Source: a virus
Virus record (IMG/VR): IMGVR_UViG_3300028840_005080
Coordinates: 23,413-87,412 of that record
Strand: one strand, 5' to 3'
DNA length: 64,000 bases
The notes beneath the pieces were generated by a model. It was given only the letters and a program-made list of their open reading frames with translations, was not told where the DNA came from and made no database searches. The translations under genes and the position numbers were made by a program. Each line of letters begins with the position of its first letter. Position 1 is the first letter of the stretch. Positions 47,914-57,353 of the stretch are shown here, piece by piece.

Positions 47914-48156
47914 CTAACCTTCATCGTTAATTACTTTAATCGTAATAAGTATATTTGTTTCTGAAACTCCGTGCTCATTGATATTATATGAAAATTCAAA
48001 ATTATATTTATCAACAAATGGTTTTTTTATTTCATGTAATTCCAAACATTCTTTCAAATGTTTCCCAACCATATCGGAAACAACATTATTACTCGAACAA
48101 TTGCACATTTGTTTATAGTACCTTTCTTTTATGAGCAAATACAATCGACTCATCAT
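47914..48156 (-). CDS. Hypothetical protein
   Basis: Fills the gap in the operon; start uncertain. Confidence 0.4.
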   Translation of the reverse strand: MMSRLYLLIKERYYKQMCNCSSNNVVSDMVGKHLKECLELHEIKKPFVDKYNFEFSYNINEHGVSETNILITIKVINDEG

Positions 48157-48862
48157 CGCCTATATGTTTATTTGCAAAGCTGTTATCATCGCCTATTCCA
48201 CCATACAGATAACATCCGAGATTTTCAATTATCCATTCGGCATCTATATCATCGCTTTTAAAATCAAGTTCATCTTCCAAGTGTTCTGTAAACGTTTTCC
48301 AGGGATTATATTGGCCACCTGTTCCGTTAATTTTTTCGAAACAACATTCAAAACAATCAAGCATGAAATCAGTACGCCAAATTGAATTCAAACTTGACCA
48401 TCTTGGGCTTGTAGTTAGTTTTATTCCATCAATTTTTATCTCTTCTTTTATAAAATTACCTTTAAAGCTATTATTTATTCTTTTATTAAAAATGATTTGA
48501 TTTATTTCCGGATTATTATCCATTAGTTTGATAAGTTTTGTAATATCAATGTGTTTAGTAAATACAAAATCATCACATAAACGCAACATATATCTTTTAT
48601 TGTATCCGGAAGAAAGGCCAAGAATATTTCGTATTGTACCAATAAGGCCTATTCTCGGATTCGATGTTATAATTGCATCAAAATCGCCTTCGTATTTTGC
48701 CCAATGAATGTTTTGATTTGATTTTTCTTCGTCAAAAAAATCTTCATGCAAAATTAATTTGCCCGCTTTTTGTATTTTCAGATATTTTTTTGCTGATTTG
48801 AATGATTCTTTTAACAAATTTGGTCTTGATGCGCTTGTTATGCATACCGCAAGATTATTCAT
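48113..48862 (-). CDS. GT-A glycosyltransferase
   Basis: ITSASRPNLL, LHED, LCDDF (DxD-like) and KHIG; paralogue of 48937-49656. Confidence 0.75.
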   Translation of the reverse strand: MNNLAVCITSASRPNLLKESFKSAKKYLKIQKAGKLILHEDFFDEEKSNQNIHWAKYEGDFDAIITSNPRIGLIGTIRNILGLSSGYNKRYMLRLCDDFVFTKHIDITKLIKLMDNNPEINQIIFNKRINNSFKGNFIKEEIKIDGIKLTTSPRWSSLNSIWRTDFMLDCFECCFEKINGTGGQYNPWKTFTEHLEDELDFKSDDIDAEWIIENLGCYLYGGIGDDNSFANKHIGDDESIVFAHKRKVL

Positions 48863-48936
48863 TTGTTTTTTCTTTTACTCCGACTTTTGTACTAAAATCT
48901 GTATCATATATAATCATTTTATTATCCTCTCATTTT

Positions 48937-49656
48937 TTAATATTTATATCCCATACCTCTGTTACTATAACCTCCGCCTATGCTTTTAATATAAGGAGGC
49001 TCGCCAATAGGTCCCCAATAATACGTTCCGAGATTATCGATTATCCAATTTGCGTCAGGTCTTGTTTTATGTGGCCTTTTAAGTACTTTGTTAATTTGCC
49101 AATGGCTATTATCTGAATTCGGAAAATCAACCCATCTTTGCTTTATAAAAGATGTTCTCCATATTGCTGCTGTATAACGCCAATGGGGAGATGTTGTTAA
49201 TTTGAATCCTGACCTTTCTACTTCTTTTTTAGGCCAATCCGCAACACTTCCCATCGTCCCACGTTTGTTGAAAGCGATTTGATTGACATCTTCATTTTCT
49301 TCCATAACTTTGATAATATCATCAAGCGGAACATCTCTCAAAGCGATATGATCATCTTCCCAGTGAATAAAATACTTTGTGTTACATGGTTTAAGAACAT
49401 TTCCAATTGACATCCCCTGACCTATCGGTTTATTCTTTTCTATTCTGTCAAAAAACTTTGAATATTTCGCCCAATGAACACATTCTGCTGAAAGCTCTTT
49501 ATATAATTCGGCTTCGTGAAGAATGTAAACAAGTTTCCCAGAATATTTAAGATGTTCAATGATTGTCGGAACTGATTGCTTTAGCAAAAATGGCCTTGAA
49601 GCACTGTCAATCATTATTTGAATGTCCGGATAGTTCATGGCTTCACAAATTCGCAT
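48937..49656 (-). CDS. GT-A glycosyltransferase
   Basis: DSASRPFLL, YFIHWEDD, QIAFNKR, LTTSPHW. Confidence 0.75.
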   Translation of the reverse strand: MRICEAMNYPDIQIMIDSASRPFLLKQSVPTIIEHLKYSGKLVYILHEAELYKELSAECVHWAKYSKFFDRIEKNKPIGQGMSIGNVLKPCNTKYFIHWEDDHIALRDVPLDDIIKVMEENEDVNQIAFNKRGTMGSVADWPKKEVERSGFKLTTSPHWRYTAAIWRTSFIKQRWVDFPNSDNSHWQINKVLKRPHKTRPDANWIIDNLGTYYWGPIGEPPYIKSIGGGYSNRGMGYKY

Positions 49657-50120
49657 ATTCCGCGTTCTTTGTTGTCAATTTTGTAATTAATTCCATACAT
49701 ATTTTTCAATGCTTTAAGTAACGTTCTGATACCGCGTGTATTGGCATCATCAAATAGGCACAAAGCTCCTGATTTTATATTATCCCAATGAAAGAACAAC
49801 GGAGCTATTCTTTTTTCGGATGATGGTCCGTCTATAAATGCAAAATCGTAACTAATATCTTTTTCAATAAACGTGAAGTAGTTTTGAATACATCTTACAT
49901 TGCCGCTATTATTACCAAATTTTTCAAACACATATCGAAAATAATTCGGATCATCTTCAAACGTATCAACTTTTTCTGAATATTTTGCAATGATTTCAGT
50001 AGCAGTACCATATCCCGTGCCAAATTCAAGCGAATATTTTGGTTTTATTTCTTTTAGTTTTTTTTCAAGATAATTTTGCAAATATTTTGGAATGCTCATT
50101 CCTTCTTTGAATTCAATCAT
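49635..50120 (-). CDS. Class I SAM methyltransferase (Methyltransf_24-like)
   Basis: LEFGTGYGTAT, YDFAFIDGP and LFDDA. Confidence 0.85.
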   Translation of the reverse strand: MIEFKEGMSIPKYLQNYLEKKLKEIKPKYSLEFGTGYGTATEIIAKYSEKVDTFEDDPNYFRYVFEKFGNNSGNVRCIQNYFTFIEKDISYDFAFIDGPSSEKRIAPLFFHWDNIKSGALCLFDDANTRGIRTLLKALKNMYGINYKIDNKERGICEFVKP

Positions 50121-50337
50121 TGATCACCCTGTTGTTCCACAATGTTATCATTTCTTCATAATCATCGAATACAGATGACATTTTGTTTGTATGCGCTATA
50201 CATTTATTATCAGAACATCCTATCGAATAATGCATACCTCTTTGTGTAATAACTCCGTCATTGCCACAAAACGGACATGACTCAATATCTAACTCTATTT
50301 CTTCAATTTTTTGCACATCGATTTTTATTTTTTTCAT
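50113..50337 (-). CDS. Lar-like restriction alleviation protein
   Basis: CPFCG...C..C...WNNR. Confidence 0.65.
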   Translation of the reverse strand: MKKIKIDVQKIEEIELDIESCPFCGNDGVITQRGMHYSIGCSDNKCIAHTNKMSSVFDDYEEMITLWNNRVIND

Positions 50338-50342
50338 TTATT

Positions 50343-50918
50343 TTAAACCCTTTTTGTATTTTGTTCTTCCATTGCGTTTCTAAGTTGCGTAAATGCATTG
50401 CTCATAAGTGTTTTTAAAGATTCGAATTCTTGTTCGTTCCCGATTGCGAATATCTTTTTTTTCATATACCCGATTTCAGAAGCAATTGTTGCGATTTTTG
50501 AATACCCTGTTTTGCGCCATTCGTCTTCAAACAAACTCGAAAGTTTTTGCATATATTCTTGATTTTTCGGATTTTGCGCGCTGTATTCGATGTTTTTTAT
50601 GATTGTTTCTATTTTTATCTCTGGTTCAATATTAAAGGCGCGTTGCAAAAGTTCATATTTTTGGCGAATTACAGATTCCGTAGTCGCTCCGTCGTTCAAA
50701 GCTAATTCAACAGCTAATTCGACAAGAATAGGGTCGTATTTTGGCTTTGTTCCCATTGTTGTTATTGCCATTGGTTTGGGGAGGTTTTGTTTTTTGAACA
50801 ATTCCGTCAAAAGTTTTCCAATTTCGTTTTTTATACTATCAAAAATTTTAGTTTTGATATCATTTGGTAGAACTTCCCACAAATCAACAATTAATTTTAC
50901 GATATTATCTGTTTTCAT
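50343..50918 (-). CDS. Hypothetical protein
   Basis: Helical ORF in the operon. Confidence 0.65.
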   Translation of the reverse strand: MKTDNIVKLIVDLWEVLPNDIKTKIFDSIKNEIGKLLTELFKKQNLPKPMAITTMGTKPKYDPILVELAVELALNDGATTESVIRQKYELLQRAFNIEPEIKIETIIKNIEYSAQNPKNQEYMQKLSSLFEDEWRKTGYSKIATIASEIGYMKKKIFAIGNEQEFESLKTLMSNAFTQLRNAMEEQNTKRV

Positions 50919-50921
50919 GAT

Positions 50922-51578
50922 TTATTTTCCTAATTTTATATCTTTTGCCCTAATGATTTGATTCAATTTTGCAAATTCATCATGATATTTAATAGCAGCT
51001 ACATTATACGCTTTTGCAGCTTCGTTTTTTGTATTAAAATAACCAAGATGGATTTGTTTTCTGTTTTTTTGGATTGTCGATCTCCATTTATTATGCATTT
51101 TATGCCAAGAGGCACCTTTGAACCCGGAAGTATTATTATTTTGTTTACCTCTATTCATTTGGTTTTTGGAATTTGTACATATTCTCAGATTGCATTTTCT
51201 GTTATCTAAAACATTCATATTGATATGATCTACAAAATAATTATTATCATTAAGATCTATAAGAAATCTTGATAAAATAATTTTGTTGTTATCAACAACA
51301 TATCCTCCTTTCGATATATGCCGTTTTCGATTTTTAATTTTTTTATAATCTTCTTTATCAATGATTGCTTCTGTTATTTTATTACCATGATAATCATAGA
51401 GATGGATTTTACAAATATTATCTTCAAACATAAAATCATTAGGGTCGAATCTTGTTCTTTTTAGTATTTTACCATGTAAGCGAATATGATCGTAATGTCG
51501 TCTACAAAATCCGTTTACAGATTTTTTTTTATAACATTTGTCAACTTTGCAAGTTTTCATATTAAACCTTTCAAACAA
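50922..51578 (-). mobile_element. HNH-AP2 homing endonuclease gene
   Basis: VDHINMNVLDNRKCNLR..N..N; NTSGFKGASW..WRSTI..HLGYF..EAAKAYN. Confidence 0.9.
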
Positions 51579-53235
51579 CAGACCAAAACATTTTTCGATA
51601 ATTTTCGGCTTGATTTTTCCACGTCCATGATTTTTCGATTGTTTCCCTTGCCTTGATTCCCATTTGTCTGCATTCTTCTCTGTTTTCTTTTAAATATTTT
51701 AATGCCTTAACATACTCATTTACATTATTTTTGTCTGAAATCATTATACCATTTTTTTCATTACCGTCAATATAAAATTCAGGAACATTTCCTATATTAT
51801 TTCCAATAAACGTCCTCCCGATACTACCTCCCTCAATTAAAAAATTCGGAGTTCCATCATAATCAGATGCTATCACAACACAATCTATATCATGATAAAA
51901 TTTTGGCATATCTTCATAATTTATCCGGTTTGTACTGTTATGTTTCGCAACCTGTGTTTTTAATTTTACATCAGCTTTCTGACAAGCCGGAATTATAATA
52001 TCTCGTAACCCCTTTCTTTTAATATCTTTACCAACATAACAAGCGGTAAATTCCTCTTTTATATTCCGCTCAAAAAATTCAAATTGTTTTTCATCTATTC
52101 CGTTTGGAACATAATGGCAATTATTATTCAAGTATTTGATTTTATTAAAAAGCAATATACTGTTTGCATGAATGGCATTTGCATTTTTCATTATTTGTTC
52201 AAAATTAGGAATATTGTTATATACATGTGCTGTTATTCCGGTAATGTATTTTGCCTTTCTATTTGGTAATCTTCTTTCATATGAAAAATACACATCTGCA
52301 TTTTGGTTCCATTCAAAAGTTATATCGATATCAAAATCATCCGATAACCATTTTTTTATGTTTATTGATTTTGTATTCCAACACCAAACCGGGGAATCTA
52401 TAAGTATATTAATTTTTGGTTTTTTATTAAGATTGATGTTAAATGTTTTTTTCTTATTCAGCCATTTATTACAAAAATATCTATGTGATTTTCTCCACGC
52501 CTCCTGACTATCAAAATCTTTTTGATTATTTACTGTCTGATGTTTCAAATGTTCTATGTTCGGATTTGGATGATATCCTATTGTATATCCTTTTCCCTTT
52601 GCCTTATAACAAAAATCAGCATCGGAAAACCAAGCCGGAGCATAATTTTCATCAAGATAGCCTATGGTTTCGACAATTTTCTTTTTTACTATAAGCCCAC
52701 CACCACCTACATATGCAAGCGGCCCTTTGTTATCTTTAATATCAAAAGCGTATCCGGACCTATCCATCGACCACGCTTCTGTTCCTACGATATCGGCTTC
52801 AATTGATTGAAGTTTATGGAGAGAATCAGAATTTATAAATTGATCATCATCGAGAATAAACAAAGTTATTCCCGTAGCCGCTTTCATTGTCTGATTTCTT
52901 GCAAGAATACAACCAAGATTTGTTTTATTTTCTATATAAATGTATTCGTTTTTTGAGAATAATTGATTTACGTTTGGCTCTGTAAAAGTTTTACATCCGT
53001 TATTCGCTACTACAACCTGATCTGTTTTTCTTTTGTGTTCTTTTATTCTTTCAAGACATTTTCTTATGTTTTTATCGTTGGCATAAACAATACAATAGGA
53101 AATATTTGGCTTTGACAAAATATCAACTGTTTTTCCAAATACTTCATCAACGGATATCGATTGGGAGCATCCGGGATTTTTTCTTCTTTCAAGCTGTCCG
53201 TTTGAGCAATGAATTTTATACCAGCATGGCTTCAT
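51571..53235 (-). CDS. Two-domain glycosyltransferase (GT2 + GT4/GT-B)
   Basis: NLGCILARN..ILDDD..SDADFC (GT2); KRKG..SDYDGTPNFLIE..GNVPE..ARETIEKSWTW (GT4). Confidence 0.9.
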   Translation of the reverse strand: MKPCWYKIHCSNGQLERRKNPGCSQSISVDEVFGKTVDILSKPNISYCIVYANDKNIRKCLERIKEHKRKTDQVVVANNGCKTFTEPNVNQLFSKNEYIYIENKTNLGCILARNQTMKAATGITLFILDDDQFINSDSLHKLQSIEADIVGTEAWSMDRSGYAFDIKDNKGPLAYVGGGGLIVKKKIVETIGYLDENYAPAWFSDADFCYKAKGKGYTIGYHPNPNIEHLKHQTVNNQKDFDSQEAWRKSHRYFCNKWLNKKKTFNINLNKKPKINILIDSPVWCWNTKSINIKKWLSDDFDIDITFEWNQNADVYFSYERRLPNRKAKYITGITAHVYNNIPNFEQIMKNANAIHANSILLFNKIKYLNNNCHYVPNGIDEKQFEFFERNIKEEFTACYVGKDIKRKGLRDIIIPACQKADVKLKTQVAKHNSTNRINYEDMPKFYHDIDCVVIASDYDGTPNFLIEGGSIGRTFIGNNIGNVPEFYIDGNEKNGIMISDKNNVNEYVKALKYLKENREECRQMGIKARETIEKSWTWKNQAENYRKMFWSVV

Positions 53236-54341
53236 TTAAAATCACACATTCCTTGAATAAAATGTGTTATATCAGGATCGTAATTTTTTATCCTTATACT
53301 TCCATCGATATGTGTGAACAACCACAAAGTCGGAACATTCAAAGCACTCGCCATATGCATAGGGCCTGTATCCGGACCAATGACAAGATCACATATATTT
53401 AACAAACTTGCTACCTGTCTTAATGATTTATTGAACCACGGATTTGATTTTCCGACTTTGTAATTTTTTGGTTTTGATTTTGCCACATCATACCCAATAA
53501 TGTTTTTATCTTCCAGTAATCTGTTTCTTAACTCATAAATTTTATCCCAAGATCTTACCGGAGCATTTGATTCAAGGATAAATGCAATTTTTTTAAATTC
53601 CCAGATATTGATCATTGAAAAATCATTCAATTCTTTTTCTGACAAATACAATTTTGGTCTTGGTGTTTCTTTTGGATTAAACCCGACTGAATCCATAAAT
53701 ACTTCTGAACGATTCATAGATACGTTTGGTTGATGTTTCATTTCATATTTGATACAATCCCGAGTCAGATCAATCACAACATCCCAATTTTTTTTTGTAA
53801 CATTGTCAGAATATGGAACAAGCGTATCTATATAGGGATTATTTTCAGCAAGACACAGAAATTCAGTAGGGCATGAATAAGTGATTTTGTAATTCGGATT
53901 TTTCTTTTTCGCATATTCAATAACCGGGAAAGTCATAATCACATCACCAAGCCCTCCGAGTTTTCTGAATATAAGCGTATTTACAGTCGTATCGAAATTT
54001 TGATAATCAGAAAGTTTTTGCTCTGAATAATTTACAATTCGATAAATTCTTGTTCCGTCGCCTCTTTCTGCTTGTTTTATTACAAAAGGAATTTTTTCGA
54101 GTTTTCTGGTAACAAATCTGTCCGAACAAAATATCAATCCGTTTTCAAATCGTAGATAATCCGCGATGCCAAGGAACAATTTATAATCAAAATGACAAAC
54201 ACAATCAAACACATCCGGATGTTTTGTAAGCCAATGATAAAGATTTATGTTATCGATTTGTTCCCACTCTGGTGTGATTTGATACGTTTGCTTTGAAAAT
54301 CTTACTCTTTTTGTTCCGGATTTTCTATATCTTGCCTTCAC
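53232..54341 (-). CDS. GT9 (heptosyltransferase-like) glycosyltransferase
   Basis: KLGGLGDVIMTFP, NNPYID, RSW, DLVIGPDTGPMHMASALNVPTLWLF. Confidence 0.9.
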   Translation of the reverse strand: MKARYRKSGTKRVRFSKQTYQITPEWEQIDNINLYHWLTKHPDVFDCVCHFDYKLFLGIADYLRFENGLIFCSDRFVTRKLEKIPFVIKQAERGDGTRIYRIVNYSEQKLSDYQNFDTTVNTLIFRKLGGLGDVIMTFPVIEYAKKKNPNYKITYSCPTEFLCLAENNPYIDTLVPYSDNVTKKNWDVVIDLTRDCIKYEMKHQPNVSMNRSEVFMDSVGFNPKETPRPKLYLSEKELNDFSMINIWEFKKIAFILESNAPVRSWDKIYELRNRLLEDKNIIGYDVAKSKPKNYKVGKSNPWFNKSLRQVASLLNICDLVIGPDTGPMHMASALNVPTLWLFTHIDGSIRIKNYDPDITHFIQGMCDFK

Positions 54342-54670
54342 TTCTCAGATGCTTTCTTTCTTCCGGGTTTTTTCTTTGTAATATATTTTGAAAGGATATC
54401 AGAAATTTCATTTTCGGTCAAATTTGTTTTTTCAATAAGTGATGTAATGTTGTCTTCAAACGCTTCTTTCGGCGATAATTGATATTGTTCATATTCGAAA
54501 AATTTTCCGTATTCTCTTTTCAATAATCTGAATGCGTTTGGCGAGATATTTTTTCCGGAAACAAAAACGCAATTTGGTGTGCATGCAATTTTTCTATATT
54601 CACTTAATGCGCTTAGCCCCTTGATTATAAAAACTTTTTCTTCTTTCCCTATATAAGTCAGTTTTTCCAT
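54338..54670 (-). CDS. Hypothetical protein
   Basis: First gene after the capsid gene; basic C-terminus. Confidence 0.6.
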   Translation of the reverse strand: MEKLTYIGKEEKVFIIKGLSALSEYRKIACTPNCVFVSGKNISPNAFRLLKREYGKFFEYEQYQLSPKEAFEDNITSLIEKTNLTENEISDILSKYITKKKPGRKKASEK

Positions 54671-54687
54671 GAATTATCTTTCTGATA

Positions 54688-54703
54688 TGTTTCACGTGAA
54701 ACA
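54688..54703. promoter_or_regulatory. parS: parS palindrome (A2)
   Basis: Exact TGTTTCACGTGAAACA, intergenic. Confidence 0.85.
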
Positions 54704-54708
54704 ATTTT

Positions 54709-54736
54709 AAAAAAGCGGGATATGTTTCAATCCCGC
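54709..54736 (-). terminator. Intrinsic terminator after the capsid gene
   Basis: GCGGGAT/ATCCCGC stem plus U6. Confidence 0.8.
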
Positions 54737-54750
54737 CAGAATAAAGAATA

Positions 54751-55752
54751 TTAGGCGTTCGGAGCCTCAGAAGATGTTACAATTTGTTTAATTGCTTTTG
54801 CACAAAGAACTTTGTCCTGATAAGCAATTTCAATCCCAACACCATGTTCAAATCCATAATCCCGAGTTTGTTCGTTCCAAGTCAGAACTTTGTTTTCTCC
54901 GTGTGCAATTGCTTCGGCTCCGATCATAACAGCACGAGAATAATAAACAGCCGGAGAATTGGCGTTTTGAGTTCTTCCGCAATTTGTAGATTCGTAAATT
55001 ACGGCACCGTCCAATTCACCCAAAGCGCCGGTAAAAATCGGATTCATTTTGCCACGTTCCGAACAATCACGATGATTTGTGATCCATTCCGTATCTTGTT
55101 TCAAGCTATAAGCCTGATAAGGATGAATCATACAAACAAAATATTCTTCGCCAGGCAATCCGGGAATAGAGATACCATGAATATTGTCGCCACGCATAAG
55201 AGCAACTGTTTTTCGGACTGTTTCTGCTGTGAATTCATCAGAACTGTCAATTGTATCAACAGAAGTAGCATCGCCTCCGTAAACAATCCCAATCGCTTCG
55301 GATTCCCAACCTACCGCCGCTGTCTGTTGCGCCGCTGTCCATTTGTCTTTGTCCTGCTTTTCGGCAATCCAACGGGCGAGCAAAGTCATAGCCATCTGTC
55401 TGAAGTCATTATTAATTTGCTTTTTCGCTTTTCCCGTCGAAGCAACCCCGTGCCTGATCCATTCCGGAACAACAGATACCTGCTGAGTAGTGATTTGTTC
55501 CTCGTTCCCAACAAGTGTACTTTCGCCTGTAACCCCCGTTCCCGTAAGATCGACAAGCCTGTTAACACGAATGGTATCGCCTGGTTCTGTAAGCAATTCT
55601 GTTTTGCGGATAATAGGCATTCCACTTCCTTCGTTACCCACAAATCGCTGCCACCATTGAAGCGCCTGAGCCTTCATAAACAGCTTCCGCGCCCAAATTT
55701 CAGGAATAAGATTCGCGAATTCCGTTGTCGTTGTCAGATTCATAAAAGCCAT
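54751..55752 (-). CDS. Major capsid protein (N4-gp56/DUF4043-like HK97 fold)
   Basis: IPEIWARKL, GDTIRV, GESTLVGNEE, IHPYQAYSL..D..W, NPIFTGALGELDGAVIYE, DYG. Confidence 0.92.
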   Translation of the reverse strand: MAFMNLTTTTEFANLIPEIWARKLFMKAQALQWWQRFVGNEGSGMPIIRKTELLTEPGDTIRVNRLVDLTGTGVTGESTLVGNEEQITTQQVSVVPEWIRHGVASTGKAKKQINNDFRQMAMTLLARWIAEKQDKDKWTAAQQTAAVGWESEAIGIVYGGDATSVDTIDSSDEFTAETVRKTVALMRGDNIHGISIPGLPGEEYFVCMIHPYQAYSLKQDTEWITNHRDCSERGKMNPIFTGALGELDGAVIYESTNCGRTQNANSPAVYYSRAVMIGAEAIAHGENKVLTWNEQTRDYGFEHGVGIEIAYQDKVLCAKAIKQIVTSSEAPNA

Positions 55753-55844
55753 TTTTTAATACCTCCCAAACATATATATAATTCGATTTGAGTCAGTTTT
55801 TCAGCATTCCTTCAATCAATTCGGGAAGGCAATGGCATCAAGCC

Positions 55845-56654
55845 TTATTTCTTTTGTCTCTCCTCGATGCGATTCAAAATTTCGTCCATTTCTTTCAGTT
55901 CTTTGTCTGTCAATTCTTCTCTGTCTTTTGACAATAAAGTGTTCAATCTGTCAATATCCGGGACTTCGCTCATTTTATTATTATTCCCAGGAGCGGGTGT
56001 TTCCGGAACTTTTACACGAGTTTTTTTAAATTTGCTCATTTCATAAACAATTGATTCTTCGTTATGAATAAATTCTCCGTCATCATCTTTTTCAAGCAAA
56101 TTTCTTACAAATCCGTCACGCTCGTATTTTGAGGCAAATTGAATTCCCTGAGCTTGGGCAAGTCTGTCGATCATAATTTTTCTATCCTGAATTTTTGTCT
56201 TTTCGGATAGTTGACTTACGATTTTATCTTTTTCCTCAATTTGTCCTTTATAATCATTCACCTGATTCGCAAGTTTTTCAAGTTGCCTTGTGAGTTTTTC
56301 GATATCTGATGCACCGGCCAAATCACGTTCTTCTTTTTCTTTTTGAAGCTCAGAAAGTTGTTCTTGGATTTCGTCAAAAGTTTTGAGTTTTATATTCAAT
56401 TCTTTTTCGAGTTTACTTGCCTTTTCTTCCGCTTGCTTTACTCTGATTCGTTTTTCGGCAGCTTCGTTTCTAAGTTTTTCAACATAATCTTTATCGAAAA
56501 CCTTGGGCTCTTCTTTTTCTTTGGATTGTTCTGGTTTTAAAATAATTTTAGCAGGCTGAAATTTAGGTTCTTCCTGTGTTTCAGTTTGTTGGGATACCTG
56601 ATCCATTTTGTTTTCTTCTGACATAAAAGTTACCCTTTCTGTATAAAATGACAA
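55845..56654 (-). CDS. Capsid scaffolding protein
   Basis: FDKDYVEKLRNEAAEKR coiled coil upstream of the capsid gene. Probable start is the ATG at 56624. Confidence 0.85.
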   Translation of the reverse strand: MSFYTERVTFMSEENKMDQVSQQTETQEEPKFQPAKIILKPEQSKEKEEPKVFDKDYVEKLRNEAAEKRIRVKQAEEKASKLEKELNIKLKTFDEIQEQLSELQKEKEERDLAGASDIEKLTRQLEKLANQVNDYKGQIEEKDKIVSQLSEKTKIQDRKIMIDRLAQAQGIQFASKYERDGFVRNLLEKDDDGEFIHNEESIVYEMSKFKKTRVKVPETPAPGNNNKMSEVPDIDRLNTLLSKDREELTDKELKEMDEILNRIEERQKK

Positions 56655-56714
56655 AAATGTAATAATTTATGGAAAAGATAACAGAAAAGGATTTTATTAA
56701 AAAGTTAAAAATTA
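56651..56714 (-). promoter_or_regulatory. Phage-specific promoter, copy 4 (scaffold/capsid operon)
   Basis: TAATTTTTAACTTTTTAATAA plus TGT-TATCTT plus ATTACATTTTTGT. Confidence 0.75.
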
Positions 56715-56754
56715 AAAGAGGGGGTTGTTTGCTGAGCCTGGATGGATTAGAAAT

Positions 56755-56786
56755 AAAAAACCCGCTTCATTAATTTGAAGCGGGTT
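56755..56786 (-). terminator. Intrinsic terminator
   Basis: AACCCGCTTCA/TGAAGCGGGTT stem plus a U run. Confidence 0.85.
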
Positions 56787-56812
56787 AATGGATTTAAGTT
56801 TGTATTGTTATT

Positions 56813-57220
56813 TTATTCGGCATAAATGACTTTTGCCGAATTTACGATAATTTCGTTTTCCGCAACAGGCCCTATATCTCTTTTTCTTCCGTAATTCCAT
56901 CCGACTATGACATGAATATCATAACCGAAGTCCGTTGCCTGATCGTAGCAGGCTTCTATTTCCTCTTCCGGATTTTCAAGAAAAGCCTTTGGGTCTATTT
57001 TGAATCCGCATGTTCCTCCGACGGATTCCAGACTTTCCCACTCATCCGATCCGTATTCGATTTCATCCCAGCCATCAAAATCAAGAGATTTCGATTCTGG
57101 AATCCTTTCACCAACTTTGAAGGAGACTTGGTCGCCACGAATAGCGACAACCAAAGTGGGGTCATCAAGCCATAATTCGTAGTTTTCCCAATTTTTAATG
57201 GCTTCGATGATTTCTTTCAT
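56813..57220 (-). CDS. Acidic hypothetical protein (moron)
   Basis: Has its own promoter, AGGAG RBS and terminator. Confidence 0.75.
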   Translation of the reverse strand: MKEIIEAIKNWENYELWLDDPTLVVAIRGDQVSFKVGERIPESKSLDFDGWDEIEYGSDEWESLESVGGTCGFKIDPKAFLENPEEEIEACYDQATDFGYDIHVIVGWNYGRKRDIGPVAENEIIVNSAKVIYAE

Positions 57221-57268
57221 GTTTCAATCTCCTTTAAGTTTTGTTGTTTTTCCCCATGTTCTAAATAT

Positions 57269-57297
57269 ATAATAATATCAAAAAAAGGATTTGTCAA
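57269..57297 (-). promoter_or_regulatory. Sigma70-like promoter
   Basis: TTGACA-N17-TATTAT. Confidence 0.7.
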
Positions 57298-57353
57298 GAG
57301 AAAAGTTTATTATTTTTTATATTTTTCAAACAGATGTGCAGTGGTGTATGGAG

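Noticed and set aside
53232-53234. TGA at the end of GT9 as Sec read-through
   Set aside because: The in-frame continuation is not GT9-like; the homologous continuation is in another frame.
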